A DNA stretch of 45,892 nt. Source: Corallochytrium limacisporum Hawaii (lineage: Eukaryota > Protista > Pluriformea). The notes below the pieces were generated by a model. That model searched no databases and had not been told where the DNA came from. It was given only the letters and a program-made list of their open reading frames with translations. Numbering within the stretch: the stretch's first letter is position 1; every line of letters begins with the position of its first letter. Made by a program: the position numbers and the translations under genes. The DNA lies in assembly GCA_002811645.1 (NCBI GenBank), contig PDIP01000075.1, positions 111,376 to 157,267 on the forward strand, in the 5' to 3' direction. Below, piece by piece: positions 10,222 through 19,620 of the stretch.

Positions 10222-11174
10222 AAGAGGCTAAAGCGAAACAAGAGGGGACCGACCGACGATGGGTAAGCAGGCAGCCAAGAAAAACAGGTGGAGCGTACCT
10301 GTGCACTGGCATCATCCAATTTCAAACAGTCGCAGTTACACAGCGAGAGACAGACCGGGGGACATTGTCGTGTAGACCAGAGTTTCGAGGGTAGGGTAGT
10401 TTCGGGCGCTTTTTTTCTCCCGTTTCGGGTTTGCACCCGGCGCTGCTTTGTCTCGTTTCGCAGAATGGTTCTGGAATGATAAGAACTGCACTCATGGACA
10501 CCCACGCACGCTGAGCGGGAGTCGAAAAAGCCACATACCCCCACGCGTTGTTGGCCTGAAGAGTATTGTTCTACTGATGTGGAGTGGCGGCCAAGTCTCC
10601 CTACTGTCTTCTTGGGCGTCGAGCGAGAAACTGGCAGTGTGAGCCGTCTCTGTGGATTCACCTCCCGTATCAATGCTGCAGCTGGTGTTAGAGTGTTGTG
10701 TTTTTCTTTTTCAAATTACACGGTTCTCCTTCTGCATGCTCTCCCGTCAGTGGGCTTGTATTCGGTTTTCTGTGCCGGTGATCGCGAGGATGGCCAACAA
10801 ACTAGGGGGCTCACATGTGCCGCTTTCAACACACCAAGTAGGCCGAAGCGTGCTCGAATTTGGGAAGATGTGAATTGTTAGCGAACACTCCTGGTCCTCT
10901 CGAACGCTCAGAAGGCTGCAGTGGCAAAAAGCCTGTCGGTGCCAAGCATAGTTTTCCTGTTGGAGGCCACCGCCAGTGACCTATCGAAAGCGAAGACGGA
11001 AGCGACTCGGGGCGCGAAAGGTATGGTAAATGGGTCACACGAATGAACATCCGACTGTCTCTTGCGCCGCTTCGGTTGGTCATGCAGAAGGCCGCGTTCG
11101 ATGGTGGCCATCGCACAGTTCCTGACCTATGGGACGAACTGGTTGCCTCTCCACTCTGCGTTTCATTCTTCGGA

Positions 11175-11593
11175 CCCTCCCCTTCCCTCCCCAAAACCCC
11201 CCCATGTGACACCTCCCCCCGCCCAGCTTCCCCTTCCCCCCTCAGCGTATAACGTACGCGACGGAAAACTGGCAAGATTTCCAAGGGGTTTGCGGCTGAA
11301 CTCGGTAGTGAAGTATGGCTCCAGCATTTGCATACTAAATCCATTGGGAAGGGCTATCCATAGATTTTCTATGGCTTTGGTCCCTTTGAGGTGCTGAGCT
11401 GGTTGTTGGACAACCGGATGTGTATTGGCGCAAACAACGCATGGGGGGTTAGGAGGTCCGGGGGACCCTGCAGACGGTTTGCAATTAAACTTCCTCGCCT
11501 ACTATACAAAGGTGGTACTGCTGAACACGGTGTGAAGTTTGTGTACCTGTATTGCCGCTTCGGCTGGCCAGGGGAACCCATGGGGGGGGGGGG
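11175..11593. promoter_or_regulatory. C-tract to G-tract switch upstream of SRP72
   Basis: Dense C runs at 11175-11241; G runs at 11443-11593 including G12 at 11582-11593. Confidence 0.4.
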
Positions 11594-11920
11594 TTAAAAT
11601 TGTTGGAAATTGGGTGGAACATGGGAACGGAGAAGAAACTCTATAGACCCGAGGGGAGAGAGGAGATAGATTTCCCGGCGTTTGTTTTGGTTGCGTACTT
11701 CCCGGTGACGGGACTGCTATTCGACAACTTGAAATATTCATTCGGAGGCGATCTTCTGAATATGAAAGCACAGCTCGTGACGATATTGAATGCAAAATAG
11801 ACTGCATAGTTAGTTCCAAAAAGGGAGTTGAACGACACATACAAATTAGATCATTTGTTAGCATCATATACTGAATACTATCAATAACGGAGTCGGTGAC
11901 TGCACAATACACACGTACTC

Positions 11921-13744
11921 ATGGGTTCTAATCAGGAGTCCATTATACAAGCCCTCATGGGCGAGGACTATGACACTGTCCTGGAACAGACTAAGGACGC
12001 CAATGATGACTTTTCTCGAGGTGCTCGATTCTATGCATTGTGTCAGGACGATCGTTATGCAGAGGCTTACGAACTCATCGAGCACAGGGATGTCGACTCC
12101 TTCAGCAGGGCCTACTGTCTTTACAAACTAAATCGGTTGCAGGAGGCTGCCGCTGTCCTAGAATCCGCCGAGAATGATGTGAAGGGACTCGCGCTAAAGG
12201 CACAGATTGCATATCGCCAGGAGCAGGCAGGAAAGGCAGCGGCCATGTTTGAGGACCCAAGGCTTACCGAAACCATTGCAGCTGAGGATCTGAAGGTTAA
12301 CATTTTGGCTAGCAAAGCATTAGGTGGTGTTGAGGTTGACGATGACGGCCTGGAAACTTTTGAAGAGTACTTCAATGCAGCTTACGGCAACATTGAAGCA
12401 GGAAACTTGCTTCGGGCCCAGGTAAACCTTGAGAAAGCGAAAGAACTGGTTATGAACGAAGAAGGCGAGGATGGTATAACTGACCTAGCCGCCATTGATG
12501 TGCAGTTGGCGTACGTGGCCCAGTTAGTGGGAATGGCAGATAAGGCACAGAAGACGTACGACTCCGTCTTCAAGGATCGTAACGGTGATGGGGCAACCAT
12601 GGCGGTATTGGTCAACAATTTTGTTTCTTCTCAGAAGACCAACAAATTTGACGCATTGCGCAAGTACAAGCTCACCTTGGGTGAGGATCTAGAGAACAAC
12701 AAACTCTTGCGCAGCCAACGGTTGGTTATTGCAGCCAACCGAGCGCTGATGTACTCTGGAGCCAATCAGAGCGCCGAACTGAAGCGAGAAATCGACAATT
12801 TGCAATCTTCTGGAGAGAAGGGCATGGCTATCTACCTCGAGGCTTTGACAGCTGGTGGTGGCAAGGCGACGACCGAGTTGGAGCAGAACAAGGCTCTGAG
12901 TGCCATTCAGCAGGGCGTAGATCAGGCCTTCGCTGGTGTTCTGTGCCAACTACTGAGCAAGGAAGTCGATGCTATTCTAGGCGACAAGCAGACCAAACCG
13001 TCCGAGAGTGCGATTGCCCGAGTTAAGGATGTGCTCGCGAAGGCGCCCAAGGCTCTGCTGTACCGCCCTTTGCCCCTCGCTGTGCAGTGTTTCCTCGACC
13101 AAGGCGACGTAGATGCCCAGGAGGCCCTCATCGAGGATGCACTCCAATTCCACGACAACAACGGCACGATGGCCGAATACTTAGCTCTGGCTTCTGGCTT
13201 TGGGCGCAGCCTGCTGGCCAGCGGTGAATATCACCGGGCCTCCAAATACTTCAAGTCTATTATTGAACGACAGCGGGACAACAAGACGGGACTGGTGGGA
13301 CTCATCGTGGCCCAGGCAGTAATGGGCAGCGGAGACGCGGAACAGCTCCTTTCCTATATCCCAGACGTTGATATATCAAGTGTGAATGTGGATGACGTAG
13401 AATCTAATTTGCGTAAAGATATTGGATTTGAAAAACGTTTGTCAATGTCTGCCGCTGCAAAGCAGAATACAAAGGAAGCAGCAAGGCGAAAACGTAGTAC
13501 AAGGCGTCGCGGAAAGCTTCCCAAGGGTGTGGATCCGAATTCAGATCCTACCAAGGCAAACATTGATCCGGAGAGATGGTTGCCTCTGCGAGAACGCTCA
13601 TACTACCGCAAGACCAAGGCGGAAAAGCGGAAGGAAAAGCTTGGACTGACTCGCGGTGGCCAAGGATCTACTACTGGTGCGGGTGCTCCTCAGCAACAAT
13701 CTGGAGGAGGCAAGAAGAAAAAAGGAAAGAAGGGTCGCAAATAG
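11921..13744 (+). CDS. SRP72: Signal recognition particle subunit SRP72
   Basis: N-terminal TPR-like repeats (RAYCLYKLN, LKAQIAYRQE, EEYFNAA). C-terminal RNA-binding motif GKLPK...DPERWLPLRERSYYR, GGQG and a Lys-rich tail. Confidence 0.95.
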   Translation: MGSNQESIIQALMGEDYDTVLEQTKDANDDFSRGARFYALCQDDRYAEAYELIEHRDVDSFSRAYCLYKLNRLQEAAAVLESAENDVKGLALKAQIAYRQEQAGKAAAMFEDPRLTETIAAEDLKVNILASKALGGVEVDDDGLETFEEYFNAAYGNIEAGNLLRAQVNLEKAKELVMNEEGEDGITDLAAIDVQLAYVAQLVGMADKAQKTYDSVFKDRNGDGATMAVLVNNFVSSQKTNKFDALRKYKLTLGEDLENNKLLRSQRLVIAANRALMYSGANQSAELKREIDNLQSSGEKGMAIYLEALTAGGGKATTELEQNKALSAIQQGVDQAFAGVLCQLLSKEVDAILGDKQTKPSESAIARVKDVLAKAPKALLYRPLPLAVQCFLDQGDVDAQEALIEDALQFHDNNGTMAEYLALASGFGRSLLASGEYHRASKYFKSIIERQRDNKTGLVGLIVAQAVMGSGDAEQLLSYIPDVDISSVNVDDVESNLRKDIGFEKRLSMSAAAKQNTKEAARRKRSTRRRGKLPKGVDPNSDPTKANIDPERWLPLRERSYYRKTKAEKRKEKLGLTRGGQGSTTGAGAPQQQSGGGKKKKGKKGRK

Positions 13745-14182
13745 AGTACATTAGATTGACTTTTACATTTACAATTGAATTTCTCTGACTTCCATAGTGT
13801 GAATTGAATTTGATTGCGCCATCGTACGGCTAATATAATCTATCATCTGGTAAATTTCTGTATTGTATCTTCTCTCGTTTTGACTGTCAGTATTAAAAAT
13901 ATAACGGTCAATAGAAGAGTTACTTGTCAATTGTATTCAGCAATTCATATCAATATGTGATTTCGCTTTAGCAGCATGGGCTGACATCGCTCTCTCTCTC
14001 TATCTATAAATTATAAATTCTATGTTTTTACTATGCACGATTTCAAATACACATTTGAATTTCAGTACGTTGAAAAGGTTGGATTTTAGTATGTTGGTTT
14101 ACGTTAGGATTCTTCTTCTCATGGAATTGGTATCGACTTCAAGGCCCCTACTCGGCGCCAACCATAGGCCTCTGTCGCTCTT

Positions 14183-14698
14183 CCCTTTTTCCCACCCTCT
14201 CTCTATTTGAACTGCCCACATCCACTGCTTTTTTCCAACCACCGGGGGGGTGGGGGCGGGGGGGGGGAGATTCCCTTATTTCTTTCCTTCCCGCTCGCTT
14301 CTGGCTCGTACTTCTTGGGGATGTATGTAGTCACTGTTTGAAACTGCGTAGGCACTCTTCACACACCGCTGACAACAAAGCTGCAGTCTGACCGGTCCTC
14401 GGGAAACAGCACGCTACGTATTTCCTCCATCTCGTCCTTGACCCTACTCTTAGTTCGCAGTCTGCCTTGTGTTTTTTTTCATTGTCGGTTTTGTTTAGCG
14501 GGTAATTTTTAACATACACTCTAGCAACAACTCAAAACAAGCTATACATACACACCCGGAGTGAAAATTTTTGGCTCCACTGTGGGGCGGTGCGCCGAAC
14601 TAACTGGGCGACGTATAATGGCAAACCCTTGCGCACTTCCTGTTAGAGAGATAGGCGACGGACCCAGTCGCCCCGACCCAGTCGTGTGGGTGGGTGGG
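14183..14698. promoter_or_regulatory. Two C-to-G switches upstream of HIBADH
   Basis: C runs then G7-T-G5-C-G10 (14244-14267). ccc/cccc/ccc then gggtgggtggg (14663-14698), including a direct repeat of gacccagtcg. Confidence 0.4.
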
Positions 14699-14977
14699 AA
14701 TGAGTTTGGTGTGGGTTCCTGGGTACGTGCGTTCGGGGGACCATTAACTCTCCGCCTCCGACGTGCTGAGATTGGTTGTAGGATCTTGCAAAGGTAGACT
14801 GTCGTCAATGTCCAATCGCTCCTGTGTCTATCACAGCGGCAGCGCTCTTTAACGAAAGATATGGTCAGGGACGGAAGGAATCAGTATTTCAGGTTGTAGA
14901 GATCCACAAGTCCCTTTGGTGCAACCGTCTTGGGAAAGGGATACCTGGAGGACCCATTCTAAACAACTGCCAGAAAA

Positions 14978-16000
14978 ATGCTGTCCCTGCGCATTGCTGC
15001 TCGCTCGGCAGGTGTTCTACGCCAGTCTCGGTACCAGGCTCTGTACAGCACTGCTGTCAAGGCCATGGCTTTCCGGTCCTACTCTTCCGATGTAAAGCCT
15101 TCAGTCGGTTTCCTCGGTCTTGGTAACATGGGCGCCAATATGTGCAAGAACCTGGCCAAAGCTGGCTATCCCGTCGTGGTCTTTGATGTTGTCGACGAGG
15201 CTGCCACCAAACTCAAGAATGAGATCGAAGGCTCCTGTGAAGTGGCAGATAGCCCCGAAGCAGTGGCTGCCAAGGCCTCAACTGTGATCTCTATGCTTCC
15301 CGCCGGTGCCCATGTCAAGGAGGCATTCATGGGAGATAATGGTATGTTCAAGAGTGCCAAGGAGGGCCACTTCTTCATCGATGCTTCGACCATCCAACCC
15401 GATGATGCCCGTGAGCTCGCTGCTGAGTGCAAGGAACGCGGTATGAGCTTCTGCGATGCTCCTGTGAGCGGCGGTGTGGTAGGTGCGGCCAACGGTACTC
15501 TGACCTTTATGGTCGGGGCCGACGACCAGAGTTTCGATAGCGCTAAGGACATCCTGCAGCATATGGGTAAGGCTGTGACCCACTGTGGTCAAGTGGGTAA
15601 TGGACAGGTGGTAAAGATCTGCAACAACATGCTTCTGGCCATCCACATGATTGGCGTGGCAGAGGCCTTCAATCTGGGTGTGAAACAGGGTGTTGACGCG
15701 AAGCTCTTGGCTTCTATCATCAACACCTCCACAGGAAATTGCTGGTCAAGTAACACTAACAACCCTGTACCCGGTGTGATTGAAGGTGCTCCCGCAGGCA
15801 ACAACTATGAGGGCGGGTTCGGAACGGCTTTGATGCAGAAGGATCTCGGCCTGGCGGTGAACGCTGCAGCTCAGGCCAAGGCCCCCGTCTTCCTCGGCGG
15901 GTTTGCTCATCAGATGTACACCGCTCTGGCCGGTATGGGCTTGGGCAAGAAGGACTTTGGCGTGATCTACGACCATTTGAAGAATATGAAGTCTTGGTAA
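14978..16000 (+). CDS. HIBADH: Mitochondrial 3-hydroxyisobutyrate dehydrogenase
   Basis: Presequence, GFLGLGNMG Rossmann motif, DAPVSGGVVGAANGTLTFMVG, catalytic KICNNM, NNPVPG and GFGTALMQKDLGLA. Confidence 0.96.
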   Translation: MLSLRIAARSAGVLRQSRYQALYSTAVKAMAFRSYSSDVKPSVGFLGLGNMGANMCKNLAKAGYPVVVFDVVDEAATKLKNEIEGSCEVADSPEAVAAKASTVISMLPAGAHVKEAFMGDNGMFKSAKEGHFFIDASTIQPDDARELAAECKERGMSFCDAPVSGGVVGAANGTLTFMVGADDQSFDSAKDILQHMGKAVTHCGQVGNGQVVKICNNMLLAIHMIGVAEAFNLGVKQGVDAKLLASIINTSTGNCWSSNTNNPVPGVIEGAPAGNNYEGGFGTALMQKDLGLAVNAAAQAKAPVFLGGFAHQMYTALAGMGLGKKDFGVIYDHLKNMKSW

Positions 16001-16170
16001 ACGAAACGAAAGCGAAACAGAGTGCGCTTATGGACGTTGACCTTTCTCTTCCGTTTACGTGCAATCCATTCCAAATCTACACTCTATTTTGCACCCTAAT
16101 AGATACTGTACAGACAACTCATTCTTAGGAAAAGACAGTTTGAAATCATTGTATTGTTACACTGAGCATT

Positions 16171-17019
16171 TCATGACGAAAGCATCTGGTTAACAGTTGC
16201 TTCAACGTTGCCGTTGTTCGCAATTAGCAGCTCCTTGACCACTGTCTTGTCACTGTCTGGGAACATGGCTGTGACCTGGTCAACCATTTCATCAGTGACT
16301 TCGATTGGTTCCTGAGTCTGTGCAGGATCCTGCTGACCAGCTTGTTGTTGCTGCTCCTGAGGATGCTGCTGCTGCTGCTGAGTGGTCTGCTGCGCTGGTG
16401 GCCGTTGTCCACCCTGCTCAGCTACACTGTGGCGTTGGATCATAGAGCTGACTTGTCCCCAGGCCAGTGGAGTGTACACCAAACTGAAACGAAGCAGTCC
16501 GACCTGTTTGGAGTTGTCATGGATGTCATAGAGCTTCACAGTGGAAGTAGCCTCTCCGCGAAGCAATCTGCGGTGAACATTGAAGGCTGTGTATGCGAGA
16601 ACATTGTCATCTGTGATAACCTTGGATTCCTTGATCTCAATGAGGAGAGTTACATCAGTGCTCTGCATGGGCAGATCAATTCGTTGGTTCCATACAGGTG
16701 TCGTATCACCAGCTTCACACAAGCCACTGACCAACCGGACCGAACCAACCTTCAGGTTGACATAGACATCCTTCTTAAAAAAAATTCCTGGGTTGAACCC
16801 GTCAAGGACAGCGTCAATTAAGAAGAAATGAACAATGCCAAATGTGGGTGATACAGGAGCCCGAGTAGGGGCTGAGCTCAATACCCGGAGGAAGTCAGAG
16901 GGCAGTGGCCCGGTCATGGGCTGGCCAACACTGGTGGTGTTTGGCTCCTGCTCCGCTTGCTGGTCCTCTGCTGCATTCGTTTGCTGCTGTACGCCTGTGC
17001 CCTGCACTTCTGCCGACAT
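16171..17019 (-). CDS. TOLLIP: Toll-interacting protein-like (Tom1-binding motif + C2 + CUE)
   Basis: First ATG at 17019 (the ORF track starts at a TTG). GPLPSDFLRV (TBD-like), C2 domain (DVYVNLKVG..TPVWNQ), C-terminal CUE (MFPDSDKTVVKELLIANNGNVEATVNQML). Confidence 0.85.
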   Translation of the reverse strand: MSAEVQGTGVQQQTNAAEDQQAEQEPNTTSVGQPMTGPLPSDFLRVLSSAPTRAPVSPTFGIVHFFLIDAVLDGFNPGIFFKKDVYVNLKVGSVRLVSGLCEAGDTTPVWNQRIDLPMQSTDVTLLIEIKESKVITDDNVLAYTAFNVHRRLLRGEATSTVKLYDIHDNSKQVGLLRFSLVYTPLAWGQVSSMIQRHSVAEQGGQRPPAQQTTQQQQQHPQEQQQQAGQQDPAQTQEPIEVTDEMVDQVTAMFPDSDKTVVKELLIANNGNVEATVNQMLSS

Positions 17020-17736
17020 GGCTGTTGTGTTCTTAATGGTATATTTCTGTGATGCGGCACCCAATCAATTACATTTGACAAACTGGTCAAGTAAGCCTAA
17101 ATATCATAGTGAGATTCATCCTTGGAATACCAACTCAGGGGCAGCATTCCATCCAACCCAACCCCCTTCCCAACTGTTGGGGAGAAGACCAGTCTAGAGC
17201 CGCACAATGAAACAAAGTAGAGAAAGGCAAAACAGAGGGCTTTTTTCTTCTCGCGGATGGTCAAGTGGACTAGATCTGCGCTAGTAAGCTTTTCGGCTAC
17301 GATAGTTATAGTAGGGAGACAAAAACCTCGTTGGCAGGCAGCGGCTTGGTGTTCCCTGCGGCTGGTGAGACCGACGAGGCTCCGTGATGTGGCGATATCC
17401 CCCAACTGCCGCGAATGATTAACCCAAAGGCATAAAGAGCTGGTGATTCCCCTTCCCCCTCTGGGGCGGCCCCGCCCGAACAGGGTTACGGGCTGTTTTT
17501 TGAATATCAGCAAGCTTGAGATTGGTGAGGACACTATGGCGCAGGGGGGATCGACCGGTGATGTCAGCCGGCCAAAGTGAGGGTTGGGGACGTGCATCTT
17601 GAATCTGAGCTCCTTTACATCGAAAGGGGTCGAGGGACCTCATGCCAAATCATGTCCTATCTGTTTGAGACGATTCTGGTTGTTACTATATATGAGAATG
17701 TTATGATATGTACAAGTATGCAAGAAAGGATCCTGT

Positions 17737-18798
17737 CTATGTGGTACGCCGGGTACGCCGGTAGATCCTCTCCTGTTGGGCTTCAGAGCGGTTGCGAAGC
17801 AGACCGTTTTCGATATTGAACTTTTCAGTGATAGCTTTCCATTTCCTAAAGTCAAGTTCCCAGATGAATTGCTTGCGTGTGGCATGAGAATCCGCTTCCC
17901 CCGTGGCACCATCGGCTCGTTCCTTGACATTTGCAGCCATTGGCAGACCATCTGCATTATTGTAAATCTTCACTTTGCCCCGCTTAACTAGGAAGGATAG
18001 AGCAAAGAGGTTCTCAATAGTCTGGCCAAAATTCTCAGGGTTCCATACCAAGCTAAAGAGCATGCACCCATCCGGTTTGTGCCTCTTGAGCACCCTGTTG
18101 ATCTCACCGGCAATATTGTCAGTACCACTAGGGTTGTTCTCTTCCTGGTTCACTCCCTCTGCAGCCGTTACTGCAGTTTCGTGCACCTCACGCGGCCGAC
18201 GCTGAGGCACTCTGTAGACCCTAGCCTGCTTAGCAGTACATCCGAGCACGAAGGAAGGCCTTGGCGTGGGACCAGCGAATCGCAGGGCCAGCCTTCCGAT
18301 GGACACAAAGTTCAGACCCGGCCGCTGGCGGTTAGCAAGAGAGTCCTCTGCTGCTAGTATTGTCTGCAAATTGGTCCGAAAGCCTTCATGACTCATTACT
18401 GTGAATCCCGTCCCCATACGATCAGCGGTCATCAATAGGTTCCGAACCACAGCTTCGAGAGCCTCAAAGTCCTTTTTAGCTGCACTGGTGGTGTTGATGG
18501 CAGAGAAGTGTTGACGGAGGGCGCGCAGGCCCTTCTCGGCGATACGTGCATTCTCTAATGGGTTCTCAGGGTCTCGTGTATCCAAAACTTCCCTTATCTC
18601 ACTTAAAGTCATTGGCGCTTCATCAGTTTCTGCTGCAGATTGGGTGGGTGGGTCATCATCAGTGTCCTGATCCATACGATCATCTGCTTCTTCTTCGTCA
18701 GGCTCAGGAGCCCGACGCTTCCCCTTCCGTCTGATCATGCTTATCTCGCCAGAATGTGACGTTTCTGCTTCCTTCGCAAGCATTTGTGGCACTGGCAT
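17737..18798 (-). CDS. NSMCE4A: Smc5/6 kleisin subunit Nse4 (NSMCE4A/EID3 family)
   Basis: Nse4_C signature LFSLVWNPENFGQTIENLFALSFLVKRGKV and KQFIWELDFRKWKAITEKFNI. Confidence 0.88.
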   Translation of the reverse strand: MPVPQMLAKEAETSHSGEISMIRRKGKRRAPEPDEEEADDRMDQDTDDDPPTQSAAETDEAPMTLSEIREVLDTRDPENPLENARIAEKGLRALRQHFSAINTTSAAKKDFEALEAVVRNLLMTADRMGTGFTVMSHEGFRTNLQTILAAEDSLANRQRPGLNFVSIGRLALRFAGPTPRPSFVLGCTAKQARVYRVPQRRPREVHETAVTAAEGVNQEENNPSGTDNIAGEINRVLKRHKPDGCMLFSLVWNPENFGQTIENLFALSFLVKRGKVKIYNNADGLPMAANVKERADGATGEADSHATRKQFIWELDFRKWKAITEKFNIENGLLRNRSEAQQERIYRRTRRTT

Positions 18799-19125
18799 TG
18801 TACATATGCTATATGATCACCAGGGCTAAGAACCATGGAACTAGATGTGATTCCAGACTCACGTCATTGCGCAACTTCGTGCACCACTGCTTTTCTACTA
18901 CTCCTTGTAGAGTATCCCTTTCTTACGATCCTCAAAACACCCTAAAAGTAATTAATGCACAGTATGGGACTTTCTGTATCGCTGTTCACAAGCAGCGTGC
19001 CTGAAAATCACAAACATACCACGGCCGAGGTACGGTCTCTTGTTTCATCGTCAGAGCCCTTCTTTCTTACCTCTCGAAGAGAGCGGGCGACCCACTTCTA
19101 TTCGCGCGCAATTTTCACTGGAACG

Positions 19126-19225
19126 CCCCTCCCCTGCCCTGTCCCCCACCCTTGGGAGTTTGGGGTCCCCACCAACAGGGATCGAACAACAAAAGGGGAC
19201 GAGGAAGAGGGAGGGTTTGTCGGGA
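19126..19225. promoter_or_regulatory. C-to-G switch in the NSE4/CEP350 divergent promoter
   Basis: cccctcccctgccctgtcccccaccc at 19126-19151, followed by G-rich sequence. Confidence 0.4.
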
Positions 19226-19620
19226 GTGGAGTGAGAGACCCTACTGTCTCCTGCGCGAAAATGGCGCGCATTCTTCCACCAACAATTCCGGTTCTTTCGC
19301 TATTAAACTCGTAGTAAGTGTACTGGGTAGCCAATGTCCCTCACCACAGCTCCCGAAGTCGCGCGACCTTTGAACCTTCAAGATATTGGAGACCAATGTT
19401 CCGTCCACCCTCGCGATGCGCCATACTTCTAAGGTTGAGGTACGTGAGGATGGTAACTCCCTTAAATACAGGTAATCATCATTGCTATTCATCTACACAG
19501 ATGCCTTGGAAGGGAAGAGGCCACACTGTTAGAAAGTACGTGAAAGACACCACGGTAACCATGTAGAAGATACACCGCACCATGAGAAGGTAATCCATGG
19601 ACAAAGACAACTAGCTGAAA

